Made by a program: the position numbers and the translations under genes. The notes under the pieces were generated by a model. The model was not told the origin of the DNA, did no database searches, and saw only the letters and a list, made by a program, of their open reading frames with translations. A stretch of DNA of 63,896 nt, counting the filler, from Cladosporium halotolerans (taxonomy: Eukaryota): assembly GCF_011745625.1 (NCBI RefSeq). It is 9 parts of 9 records of this genome, joined end to end, with 100 filler letters (N's around TTAATTAATTAA, not from the genome) between each part and the next. Parts side by side here need not be neighbours in the genome. Positions count along the whole stretch, not along the records: positions 1 to 7,315 come from NW_027191631.1; positions 7,416 to 14,680 come from NW_027191632.1; 7 more parts are not named here. The stretch is one strand, 5' to 3'. Each line of letters starts with the position of its first letter. Within the stretch, counting starts at the first letter, position 1. This document shows positions 1 to 11,336 of the stretch, piece after piece.

Positions 1-97
1 ATTGCCATTTCTCAGACAGACAGACAAGCCACCGCTCCTTAGGTAAGCAGACCAGACACTCCCGAAAATCTTGTCTGTCTGTCTGATGAACACCCTG
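1..97. mobile_element. hAT-like transposon terminus (TIR plus subterminal CAGA repeats)
   Basis: Ends ...gatgaacaccctg at 97 (reverse complement CAGGGTGTTC). (CAGA)n at 14-25 and its inverse (TCTG)n at 74-85. Cuts directly into a coding exon of the neighbouring gene. Confidence 0.6.
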
Positions 98-637
98 CTG
101 CTAGTGTCCACAGGTAGACCAAGGTGAAGGCAAAGGTCATCTACGGCAGTTAGCCACGCTCGTCCCCCCGAGTACAGATTTATGCCTACCTGCATGATGT
201 ATGGCATGTTTGTGAATACTGTCCAAGTCAGCTTCGGGGCGGGAACGTAGCGATTTCCTGGGAACTCACGTTTCTCGTACAGTTCGGACTCCGGGTCAAA
301 GTCGACACCCACGCCGCTCAGGAATACTATCTAAGGTCAGACCCGCTTTCCGCAAGATTGAATGAGTGTCTTACCGCCTGCGCTCATCCCTATAGTGGTT
401 GATGACAATAACTGTGATGGTTCGCACGGTCAGCCTTTAAAATCGACGTGTTGCTGCTAATTTGCAACGTACCAGGGCAACCAAGGACAAGACATCATCA
501 AACCCAATACCAGCGCCACGGAAGCGGCCGAACCATCGAAGACCGACGACAATGGCGAATAACACCCAAAGAATGCTGATTGTAATGAGTGCATCGCGCG
601 CCTGATCTGTCATCGGAATATGCATGCTGACCGCCAT
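98..637 (-). pseudogene. Fungal rhodopsin-domain (PTH11-like) integral membrane protein, 5' part, interrupted by hAT insertion
   Basis: MAVSMHIPMTDQARDALITISILWVLFAIVVGLRWFGRFRGAGIGFDDVLSLVAL carries the typical LR...G.DD motif. Short GT-AG introns link it to LLSSTTIGMSAG and MTFAFTLVYLWTLA; the frame stops at the TIR. Confidence 0.7.
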
Positions 638-1657
638 AGTGAAAGCCAATGATTTCGCTTCACAAGTTGGGTAAGGAGCGTGAGGAGCAATGCAGAGTCG
701 CTCAAGAGCGCGACGGCAGCACCAATTATTGTTCAGAATATGTTCGCCGGATTTTGGTTCTACTACCTCAACATTAGCCGGACGCGAAGCTTCCCCTGTG
801 CAAGGTGACGAAAATGTCCTGGCAGACGCGACTGATCCTTCTCGCCCAACGTGCAGCGAAAGGGCGAAAGGTTCCGCGGTGTTGGTACAGCTCCAGGCCA
901 CTAATCGTCATTCGTCTGCCATAAGTGGCGAAGTGGTATGGTGCGTCAGGGAATGCGCAGCAATTGGTCTTCGCCTAGACGACCAGGTTGAAACGACCGG
1001 AGAGATTCTGGTCCTCGGAGTTGTTGCAACCGAGCTGTCGCAATGCTTGGAACAGGTGGCAGGGGATGCATGCGACAAATCGGACGGCTTCTAAAAGCAA
1101 GACACATCCTCCAGTCCATCAGCATCATCCGCAGAGACGCTCGAGCGAAATTCATCCTTGTACGAGTCGCAGCGTCAGAAGCGACTAATGACCATGGCTT
1201 CACTGTTCGGCAGTTTTATGGACGCTAGCGGAGACGCGCCGAAACTCCCGCATCTTGCCAGCATGCTTAGTGACTCGTGCGATAACGGGCAGGGCCCTAT
1301 TTTGACCAATCGTTTCCGCCACACCGAGCTGGGATTATACTTGACGTTTCCTAGGGCGGGCCAGTTCATCTATTATACAAGGACCTAGCATGCCATCTCC
1401 ACTTGGCCCAGACCTGTCCGTCCTTCGATAGTTCGCTGACGGCGGAGAGACTTCCTGTCCGGTAGTGCTTCGGCATGCTTTGACTCTGCAGACTCGTAGC
1501 GGATGGGCCCAAGGCTATCTTCGAGGCGAGTACCGGCACGGGGAAGATATCCTCCGACCTCGAGCAGGAACCTATAGATGAGCGCGCCGTGCTCTGCTCG
1601 AAGCCGAGCAGGTTGACCCTCTTTCCTACTGGATCTTGCTTTCGACTCATCGCCGGG

Positions 1658-3408
1658 ATGTTCGACCTCTCGATACCGGTAAGCATTGCTTACCTAGGCC
1701 TGCTTTGGCTGGCTTACAGATCTGCGCTTGCCCTGTACAACATTTCCCCGTATCACCCACTGGCTCGATTCCCTGGGCCAAAGCTCGCCGCGGCGTCTTA
1801 TTTATACGAAGCATATTACGACTGGTGGCTCGTAGGCCGTTATGGCAAAGTGATCGCTCGCATGCACGAGCGCTATGGTATGGCCCCTTGCAAGTTGAGC
1901 ATCTCGCAAATTGCTATTGCGCCAGAGCTGGAGAATCGCAGCCGCTGATCTGAACACAGGACCCATCGTGAGAATCAACCCGGACGAACTTCATTGCTCT
2001 GACCCTCGCTTCACCGATGAGATCTACTCTGGTCCTGGACGAGTTCGCGACAAATGGCAGCACCAGCTAAACACCGGCGGCGCTGGCCCTGTCTCTGTCA
2101 CAGGCTTCTCTACAGTTCCTCATGAGATCCATCGCATGCGCAAAGGCGCGCTGTCCAAGTTCTTTTCTCGCCAGCAGATGCTCAAGCTTGAGGGCGAGGT
2201 CGAGCAGTTCGCGCAGATGACAGTTGATAAGATGCTCCGCTACGCGGGCAAGGAGCCTTTCGACGTCAAGGAGGCTTTCAACTGCTTCACTGCCGATGTC
2301 ATGTCTCAGTACGCCTTCGGTGAGCCCATGGGTTTCCTTGCGCAAGAGGGTTGGGAGCCAAACTTTGCGACCTGGGTGAAATCTTTCTTTCGCAGCGCTT
2401 ACATGATGAGGCACAATGCTTTGGGTCGTAAGCTTGCTCAGGTTCTTCCACTGATGGCCAACTACATGGGCGAAGATATCAAGGCCGTGATGAACCAGAT
2501 GAATGTTGTCATCCCGGAATACATTCGCGCTGCTCTGGACAATCCGGAAAACGGCAGGGTGTTTGCAGACCTTGTCCAATCCAAGTCTTTGCCTGAGGAA
2601 GAGAAATCAATGTACCGCCTTTCTGGCGAAGGCTTCAACTTCCTACTCGCCGGAACGGAGACTACTGCCGTAAGTCGTCAGATTTTGCTGAGATCTGCTC
2701 TTATTGCTGTGACATCCAGTGTTGACCGAACCAGGCCACCCTCACGATCATCACATACTGGCTCCTCGATCAACCACGCATCTACACCCGCCTCATGGAA
2801 GACCTGAGGGAAGTCGACCCGTCCAACCTCAAGTGGGTCGAACTCGAGAAGAAGCCCTACCTGTGGGCTGTCATTCATGAATCCCTCCGAATGATGCCTG
2901 GCGTGTCGCACCGCTCCGCCCGTATTGCTCGCGACGAAGACTTGGTATACAAGAGTAAGGACGGAGACGTCGAGTGGGTTGTCCCCCGGGGTACCCCGAT
3001 CGGAATGACTTCCATGATCAATCATTGGAACAAGGACTATTTCCCTGACCCCGACAATTTCGTTCCTGAGAGATGGCTGCTCGACGACGGTCAGCCAAAT
3101 TACAAGCTGGAGAAGACTCTCATTTCTTTCGGCAAAGGCAGCCGTTCTTGCATTGGTGAAAAGTAAGTCTTGATTTTTTTTGCGTTGCCCACCATGTGAA
3201 CCATTTGCAAGTCTTCCAACGTACTGACTACGTCGCTTTTAGCCTCGCCTATTGTGAAGTCTACCTCATGGCGGCGCTCGTCGCCCTGCGTATCATCCCT
3301 CGTGCTCGCCTTGTCGAGACTACTGTCGAAAATATTTCTTATGACCACGACCTGATCGTTGCTCAAACAAAGAAGGGTTCGATTTCTGTCAAGGTTCGAA
3401 TTGAGTAA
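1658..3408 (+). CDS. Cytochrome P450 (trichodiene oxygenase/CYP58-like)
   Basis: Exons about 1658-1877, 1960-2669, 2735-3162, 3243-3408. N-terminal TM anchor, HPLARFPGP, GPIVRINPDELH, I-helix AGTETT, ExxR (ESLR), PERW, heme motif FGKGSRSCIG. Confidence 0.95.
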
Positions 3409-3794
3409 GGAGCAGTCAGTGAATCATGAGCATGGGATGCGCTAAATGGTATGCTTTCAGCCTGCGACCGACATTGCTGTGACAAGTAAGGTAGTGCGCG
3501 TGTAGATTTGCATAGTTTATTGCACAGGGAAGGTGCTGCGTAGGGTTATTCCGTGCAGAAGGGGGGCAGGGCATTGCTCCATTCGGTTTTGCTGGGTCAC
3601 GAGCTCTTCTATACACGATGATGTATGAACGCCCCAGTCATTTGCAATGCTCGCGCCATCACTGAGGACATTGATTGTTTGTCGAGGGTCAAGATACACT
3701 TGTAGGACAGCTCTCCGGGGTCTTGATGGAAAGGATTGAGTCCTCGACTTATAGCGTTTGGCATCGCTACTACAGAGTGTAATGGATAATCCCC

Positions 3795-4226
3795 TCGGTA
3801 CATTTCGAAGCGCCAGCTGAGCCCAACCATCTCCTCCGTGACACCGCCCTTGATCGCTATCGCAATCTGTGCGGGGTCCTCGGAGTCCAAGCGCATGTTC
3901 TTCCTCCTGACCAACAACAGATACACCGTGATTGTCGCCGCAAACAACAGTCCGCACCCCATCAGCGTCCCGAGGGCGGCGTTATACTGCAGCGACGCGT
4001 AGTACAGGTACGAGTCCCAAGTGTTCGACGTGTTTTCGATCGCATTCGCCAGCGCCGACACCGCGGCGCGCTTGGGTTCTGCGGGAACGCCATTACAGAA
4101 GAAAGCACCCTGGTCTGCGAAAAGATGAAGCCATAGATAAGACCGAACGTCACGATGTCCTGGCATCCGCCACCTATTCAGCGCCCGGCCGCGATCCGAG
4201 GTTACGGCGAATCCGCCGCGTTTCAA
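3795..4226 (-). pseudogene. MFS transporter (allantoate/nicotinate permease-like) C-terminal remnant
   Basis: PKRAAVSALANAI.NTSN.W.SYLY...LLVRRKNMRLD...WRFEMY resembles the last helices of ACS/DAL5-family MFS proteins. No N-terminal half. Confidence 0.6.
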
Positions 4227-4443
4227 GACTCAACCAGCAACTCAACACATCGAAGCGGCTCCGCATACATGGGACAGTGGAGTTCACGACAGCGTACACG
4301 ATGGATTTGGGAACGCGGATGCACAGCTCCATCTCTCGCAATCCAAATCTCGCCCTACACAGTATCCGGAGAGCTCAGCAAGACCCTATCTGAGCGCAGC
4401 TAATCTTGGTAGCTATGCCCAAGGCACTAAAACGACCATACCA

Positions 4444-6157
4444 TTGTTCGTGCCTGGAACTCTTCGGTCACTGTTCGACTCAGCCAACCTCCCGCTGGGC
4501 ACGTCTTTGGGCCTGTTCCCACTAAATCTCCTTCAGTTTAATCACGCCTCTCTAGCCGGACTTGTGGCGTCTACCACACCTTCTCTCTCGTCTAGGTCTG
4601 CAAACGCTGCGCAGAGTCAGCGCGCATCAGTAGGATCACCGTACTACGATGTCGCGTATTTCTCTAGCGTCTGGTACCCATCATAACCCCAGATTGCCCG
4701 AGGGCTGGATCTGTATTTTGCTCACGTTTCCCCTCTTATACCTTTCCTCCACAGGCCGACTTTCGACGTTCAATTGGTACCTCGACACCTGATACTAGCC
4801 ATATTCTCCAACGAGTATCAATACGGCGAGCATACAGACCTCGCTGACCAGACGGGCTCTGGCGAACGACTAGCTGTTTCCTGCTCCCATCATGGGCGGC
4901 TGTAGTGTGCTTCAACCGAGGAAGAAGAAGATGACTTGATTCATAGTCTTACCCTGGTACAAACCTTGCTACTGTTGGAGATTTGCGCCATGATGTACAT
5001 GCGTGCCGAGACTTCCAAGTACGGACTGGAGATGCATTGGAGGATGGTCTCCATCGCCCGCTCAGCCGGCGTGATGGGCACATCATCACCTTCGACCGCC
5101 CCGACGAGATACCTGGTCTCCATGTGGCGAAAGTCATCACAGGAATCTCTGAAACGGACGATCCTCACCGCCCATTAAATGGATGCCTTGTGATACCAAT
5201 TCCTGTCAGTACCGCGCTCGCTTTCACATCTCGAGATCAAGCATGCGCTTCCACAGCCGGCAGATTGCTGCAACGCATCGTCCGCTAAAGAACGGGCGCA
5301 CAGCCACCTTGTCATAGCGCAAAGCTAGCCCCCTGTGCAATACACGGACGGCGTCCGGCAATACCTCTCCTGCAGCCCGGACATCGAGACTATACCGCCA
5401 TTCGGCTCTTTTGGAGCCATCAACATTGTCTATTTCCTCCTCTCCAGCGCCAAGGAGGCCTCAGGATGGTCTGCCATGGCCGGATAGCTGGGTCTCGAAC
5501 GCTTCGAAGTAGTGCGCGCTTGTCTCGTCACGCTGGCTTTCTCTCTCTTTCGCCAAGATGAGGATACAATACCTACCCACCCCGCGACCAGAGCTGGAAT
5601 ATGGGAAATGATCATTATCGAGTCCTTTATCTGGTTCCCCGCGCATACCTCGGGGATCGTCGACAGCAACCTCGACGCCATGCTGGCCCGCTCGACTCCG
5701 CACAAGCACACTTCGAAGCTGGAATTCCAAGCGGACGTTGTGGCTGCCCTCCAGCCGCATCTAGACTGGTTCATGAGGTAGTTTGATGCTACTCGAGAGG
5801 TTGCTGGTGAGGCACCTTGGGTTGTGCTCTATGCTCATCGCGCTTTCCTTCTGGCTTGGCAGCTTGTGAGAGAAGTCATCCTTGGCACCATGGCTACTGT
5901 TGGAGTGAAGGATGGCAATGCAGATGCTGCTGTGATGTGGGTCAAAAGCGCTTTTGGCAGAAGGGCGCAGTAGCAGCTCAGCAATTTGGTTTTGTAGCAA
6001 ATCGAGTTGCTGGGCGATCCTCCGTATGTTTGACTCCTTAAGACTGTTTTCCGACTACAATCTGATACCAGGAGATTGGGCGCATTGGATCGCAAAAGCT
6101 TGGGGCGGCGTTCAAAACGCCCTGGCACGCCAGAAGTTTGAGGGAGTCAACGACTGA
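4444..6157 (+). pseudogene. Fungal-specific transcription factor (Fungal_trans middle region), fragmented
   Basis: Pieces LDLYFAHVSPLIPFLHRPTF, LTLVQTLLLLEICAMMY, GLEMHWRMVSIAR, QESLKRT and LIPGDWAHWIAKAWG lie in different frames with stops. Confidence 0.65.
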
Positions 6158-6479
6158 AAACTTCACCAAGGTTGTGTCGATGAATCACCGTGTCGCAGCT
6201 GCCGAGAAGCCGTTTGTAACTTCGCACTAGGGTTTTGAGCGGATGCGTCCATGTTTCACCCATTTCTTGAATAGACAATGTTGAAGCGTTCATGGCTATG
6301 TCAATGCCATAGGAGCAGTATTGCAATAATAGCGAGCCGTTGACTTGCCTTTTTCGCGCTATGCCGCCTTTCCCACTCGCAGGGCTAAACCGACGTCGCG
6401 CTAAGTCAGACCGGCGCCGCACTCTCCGTCGTACTAGTAGGGCAGATTCACTCTCTAACTTTAGGGTTTAGGTTTCGCG

Positions 6480-7220
6480 CTATAGAAGAGATAGATTTCT
6501 TAGGATTTTTTAGTATATAGAATAAGGAATTCTTAAGATATCTATCCACTTTTCAACTTAGTACGATATATACTTACTATACTATCGTAAATTAAAAACG
6601 ATAGCTTTTTAAAAAATTAAGGTTTTTAAAGAATTTAAAAATATAGAGTAATTTCCTAATATAGTAATATAATTTCTTAATACCTTTAAGTAGGTACTTA
6701 GAGTATTAAAGAATAATATAGTATCTTAATCTTAAAAGAATATAAAAGATATATATAATATTATATAATTTCTTAGTATAATATCTATAACGTTTTATAC
6801 TTTAACTAAAGTATAAAAGTCTTACTTTAGATATCTTTAGATATTTCGTAATACTAAATATTATAAAATAGCCTAATATAGTAATTTAGAAGTTTTATAC
6901 TTTTAAGAAGATTTAGAAATATAATCTTAAAAACCTTTAGATTTATTATAATACCTAGCGTTATAAAATATCTTATTATAATTATATAAAGTTTTCGTTC
7001 TTAAGATAAAGTCTAAAACCTATATTTTAAAAGCTTCTAGATATTTCGTAATACTAGATATTACGAAATATCCTAATATAGTAGCTATAGTATTTTATAT
7101 CTAATATCTAAATTAAAAGTCTAATCTTAAATATATCTAGATATTTCGTAATACCTAGTATTATAAAATATCCTATTATAGTTATATAGGGTTTTCGTTC
7201 TTAAAGTAAAGTATAAAACC
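6480..7220. repeat. AT-rich RIP-like block containing a 100-bp tandem repeat
   Basis: Very high AT and TpA, nearly no CpA/TpG. The motif atatttcgtaatac...ttataaaata.cctaatatag recurs in register at 6841, 6941, 7041 and 7141. Confidence 0.85.
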
Positions 7221-7310
7221 TCGCCAAAAGGCAACGGAGGAGAACACTGATCTCCTACTAACCCTCGCCAAAAGGCAACGGAGGAGAACACTGATCTCCT
7301 ACTAACCCTA
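7219..7310. repeat. 44-bp perfect tandem repeat (2 copies) ending in telomere-like CTAACCCTAA
   Basis: tcgccaaaaggcaacggaggagaacactgatctcctactaaccc at 7221 and 7265. Confidence 0.9.
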
Positions 7311-7315
7311 AGGCG

Positions 7316-7415
7316 NNNNNNNNNNNNNNNNNNNNNNNNNNNNNNNNNNNNNNNNNNNNTTAATTAATTAANNNNNNNNNNNNNNNNNNNNNNNNNNNNN
7401 NNNNNNNNNNNNNNN
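7316..7415. other. Artificial contig linker (N44-TTAATTAATTAA-N44)
   Basis: 100-nt spacer with stops in all six frames, identical at eight positions. Confidence 0.97.
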
Positions 7416-7613
7416 CTTCCATCCGTTTTCTTTATCAGACTGGCAGACTGTCTCGTTCTTCGTACATGAGGGTCGGGCGAGGTGTTGGCTAATCTCTCGG
7501 GTCATGAGTGCAAGGCGATGTTCAATGCGATGGTAGGTAGCGATTAGGGATGGCTCATACCGTCTCCGTGTATAGCCTGAATGAGAATCATCATCATCAT
7601 CATCATCATCATC
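7416..7613 (+). mobile_element. 3' end of a Tad1-like LINE with (ATC)9 tail
   Basis: Encodes IRFLYQTGRL, resembling a LINE ORF2 C-terminus, then a short UTR and (ATC)9 at 7587-7613. Same tail type as the LINE at 57641-63353. Confidence 0.6.
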
Positions 7614-7739
7614 CTACCGGACAGCTGCACTCATCAGCACAAGTGCGATTTTGCCAGTCATACCCGTTCCTCACTCAGCCGAAGCTTTCTCCCAAGCTTT
7701 AACCCTAGAGATCCGGCTCCGATTACTAATTAATATCTA

Positions 7740-7853
7740 CTGATCTATATGTGTTTGCCAAACAACTGAACAAACAGAGGATTTTGATTGTCTGGTTCGA
7801 AAGTGCCAAACGGACCAAACAGTCCGTTTGAGTACTGTTCAGTGACCACCTTG
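7740..7853. mobile_element. Possible hAT-like terminus
   Basis: Ends ...cagtgaccaccttg (reverse complement CAAGGTGGTC), preceded by clustered CAAAC/GTTTG motifs. Confidence 0.4.
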
Positions 7854-8341
7854 CCCTTCGACACATCAGACAGGGTCTGAAGGGATTTGCGCCGGAGCTC
7901 TCGTGCTCAGTAATTTGACGGCTTGTACATGCGGATCACCGCACCCGGGGAACTGAACTGCAACTAAAGCTGTTGCCGCCTCCTGCGACGGCAGATGAAC
8001 GCAACACAACATACGGCCACATATCGGACCAGTGGGAAGCGAATACAACACATGGCAGTCGCAAATCAGAGAACAGGCATGCCCGAGGCTCACAGGGCAA
8101 GAATCATACAGACGAACTCAAGCACCGGAGGATCAGGTATAACTCACAGATATGATGCTATAGCACCATTGGAGTCGCAGGAAAGGATCACAGAAAAAGA
8201 GTCTCCTATGTACGACACATGAGGAGAACAAACAATTTGTCAGTTGGAAGATAAGCACGAAGATACATTCACTTCTGAAGGCGTACATAGATATACATAG
8301 AGACAGACTGCAAGCGGAGGCAAGAGGACAGCTGGTCGTAC

Positions 8342-8760
8342 CTATGGTATGGCGGAATGGGGTATGCTGTCGGTTTCGCGCAGCGAAGAACGTAGCGGGC
8401 AGCTGCACGGTGAAGTGGATAGCGTCAGTACCGAGGTGCTCGTGCAGGCCTGCCGCCATAGCTGGAGCGCTTGTTGCTCGTTGGCAGCGGTGAATTGAGT
8501 GTTAAATGCCTCGTAAGTCGCTAGTCGAATGCGCAATTCCAGCGCGCGTCTCCTCTTCGTATTTATTATGAAACTCGCAGTGCTCTCCGCGCGTTACGCA
8601 GGAGGCACATGTGGGGCTCCGTCCATCGCACTGCAAGGGACCGGTCAGTGGAGGCCTTATCACACGGCTCACCGCAGTCTTCCGCGCGCGGCAGGCGTTA
8701 CAGGCCACAAGAGTGCCGATGGAGCGCGTCTCCGCGCCTCTTCCCGCTAGTAGCGCGATG
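8342..8760 (-). pseudogene. Zn(II)2Cys6 transcription factor, frameshifted relic
   Basis: ACNACRARKTA|intron|CDGRSPTCASCVTRGEHCEF has all six Cys. The frame shifts before the coiled coil (LRIRLATYEAF). Confidence 0.75.
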
Positions 8761-9172
8761 GATGTTCCTCACAGTGGCTTGCCGTGCGCGCATGACGTTG
8801 CGTAATGAACAATATACCCTGCGATTCAATGCACGAAACAATAGGGGGAGACACTGCCACTAGGGCGCAGAGGCTGCGTGATCAGTCACATGCTCTGGAT
8901 GACGGCCGGCGCGTGGGCGGGCGGGCTCTCTGCAGATGCTCCTCTTGTCTGCTGCGCGGGGCCTGCTCCCGCTTGTTACGTACCAGCCCTCGGCCCGTGA
9001 ACCCCGTTCGGGGAGGCGGGTTCGGCTTGCGCTACATCATGGAAACTATGATGCACTCTCCAAATCACATCTTTTGATAGAGTTCACGCGCGAACGGAGC
9101 AGACCCACTGCGAAGCGTCGCAAACATGGCCGCCTCCCTCAAACGCGTCCGAAGCGGCCCCCGGCCCCGGCC

Positions 9173-9405
9173 ATGAAAAAGCGAGACCGAGTCCCGCTAA
9201 CGTGCAACGGGTCGCTGGCGAAAGGAAAAGGTCATCTCTCCACGCAGAGCAAGCCACTGATGTGGTCCAGCACAATCGGGTATGGTCGCGCTTTTTGGCC
9301 CTCCCACCCTTAGCATCGCTATATAGCGCGCTTTTGCGGTGCACATCAAATGAGGTCGCAGAGGACTCGCGCGGCTCATTGCCGATGCCGATGGCTGCAC
9401 TTTAA
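9173..9405 (+). pseudogene. Second, heavily eroded Zn2Cys6 relic
   Basis: KKRDRVPLTCNG-x-RWRKEK|intron|HNRVWSRF resembles KRNRVPLSC..CR.RK.K|C.R..P.C with several Cys lost. Confidence 0.35.
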
Positions 9406-9833
9406 ATTTTCCAGACTTACATCACAACCTATATTTCGTGAGGTAAGTAGATGCCGAGCATTCGGAAGCAATGCAGGTGGACATGGAGCTCATAGGTAGC
9501 ATCTCTTAGCGTCAAAGGCAACTACGTGGTGTGCATACATTTCGGCAACAAGCTCCGCTTCCCCGAGAACACTTCCACTGTCAGCTTGAATGGCGAAACA
9601 ATGATCGGCTCGATCAAGAGTATCAGATCTCTGATTGCGGACGGACTCATGGTTCGACAGATCGAGGATCTACTTTTACCGGTGAATTTTGAAGTTGCCA
9701 TCGCGCACCTGCTGGTTCTTAAGGGCGACTCTTGAAATAAGCTATCTATTCCCTCGCACATGCGTAGACTTCTCGTTCATCGATCGCATTTTTTATCAAG
9801 TCAAGATCATTTAGCCCCATATCTCGACCTGAT

Positions 9834-11336
9834 ATGGCTGCCTCTGAATTTTGGAAGGCGCTGGATCGTCTAGGCCTTTCGCAGTACCACGACAGACTTC
9901 TTCAAGAGGCTTTTGATTCTTGGGAGGTCCTTACTGACAACACGGTAGAGGATTGGTTGGTCCCCATTCCCTTCAAAAGATGACTTGGTGTGTCTAATGA
10001 TCCAGCAGTGATGCGCTGGATATAAAACTGGGACACCGCAGAGTGAGTATTGCTTTCGAAGCAGCAGTACCTTACCTAAGCTGGCTGTTCACACTCGTTG
10101 TTGCAACAGAGTCTGACATCATTCCACAGATTTTACAGCGAGCAATAAACGAATCCCACAGAGGCGGACCGCAACAATTAGCGACTGCAGTTCCCCTCAT
10201 CAGGTCCAAGCAAAGAACTCCGGACCCACCAAGACCCGTCACATCGCGAGATTCCGGCCCTGATGTCAGTGCAATCGCGCAGGCAAAAGCGTGTGGCAAA
10301 CGAAGATATAGGCGGCATCCAAAGGTGAGGCTTTTCGGACGAATATTCTATGCCATATACACCAGCGCGACGAATCTGGCAGAGGGTGGTCGCTGATGAG
10401 CACGCAGCCCGATCAAAATGCACCTAACAGGCCACCATCTGCATACGTCCTATTCTCAAACCGTGGGCAACAGTGGAATCTTTGCATCGACCACCCAATG
10501 CTGACCCTTTTCCCAGAAACAAGAGACTTACTGAAGGGCCAGGGCCTCAGCTTCACTGAAATCGCCAAGGCAGTCGGCGAACGATGGCAGGTACTTCCAC
10601 TCGGGGAGAAGGCGATCTACGAAAGCAGGGCCCGAATCATGAAACATCAATATCATACCCAATTGGCTGAATACAAAAAAACTAAAGATCATGCGAATTA
10701 CCAGGAGTACCTTGCGGATTTCCAGGTCAAGCACGACCACCAACTCAGCAGTAAGACGTCGAGCGTTGACATCGATTGATAAGTTCTAATACTTTTACAG
10801 CTCAGAAAAGAATAAGGGGTGACTATAAATCAAGCCCGCACCGACGCCGCAACCATAAGAAAGGGATCGGTAGCCCCGATCGCAAAGAGGGCAGTGCTAA
10901 CCATAGCGAGCAATCCTCCGGCGACACGCACCTTTCCGGTTTTTGGTCCTCAGAATCACCTACTCGTGTCAATCGGCCGCTATCAATACAACCAGCCAAT
11001 GTTCTGTCAAACATCGCACCCATCATGCTGTCACCAGCTTCCGGATCTGCCTCATGCTACACCAACAAAAACCTTGCAAGCATCAGCACGCCACATTCCG
11101 ATGCCACAGTAGTCAAGAGCCCTTACAGTCTCAATGACCAACCGACCAGTCCGGTGGATGATCATCCCATGGCTGCCAGCACCAGAATCGCGTACGGTAA
11201 CCACCCCACGCTCACCGGCCAAGGCTTCGGCTTCACCCAACGTCCGCCCTCGTGGAGACGCAAGTCATCTATCGAGCAAGCATTGCCTTCGTTGAAGCAT
11301 ACTGGCTTGCTCGCTTCCAGCAACTCAGCAGGGTAA
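9834..11336 (+). CDS. SAM-domain plus HMG-box protein
   Basis: LDRLGLSQYHDRLLQEAFDSWEVL...LDIKLGHRR (SAM), then KRRYRRHPK|PDQNAPNRPPSAYVLFSN...LSFTEIAKAVGERWQVL (HMG box). Several GT-AG introns. 3' end uncertain. Confidence 0.88.

Noticed and set aside
7219..7310. 44-bp repeat as a CRISPR array or hammerhead ribozyme
   Set aside because: There are no spacers and the context is eukaryotic. The CTGATGA/GAAA hammerhead core is absent (it reads CTGATCT).
7360..7371. TTAATTAATTAA recurring about every 7 kb as a biological periodic repeat or CRISPR-like array
   Set aside because: It always sits between 44-N runs and is a standard six-frame-stop assembly linker.
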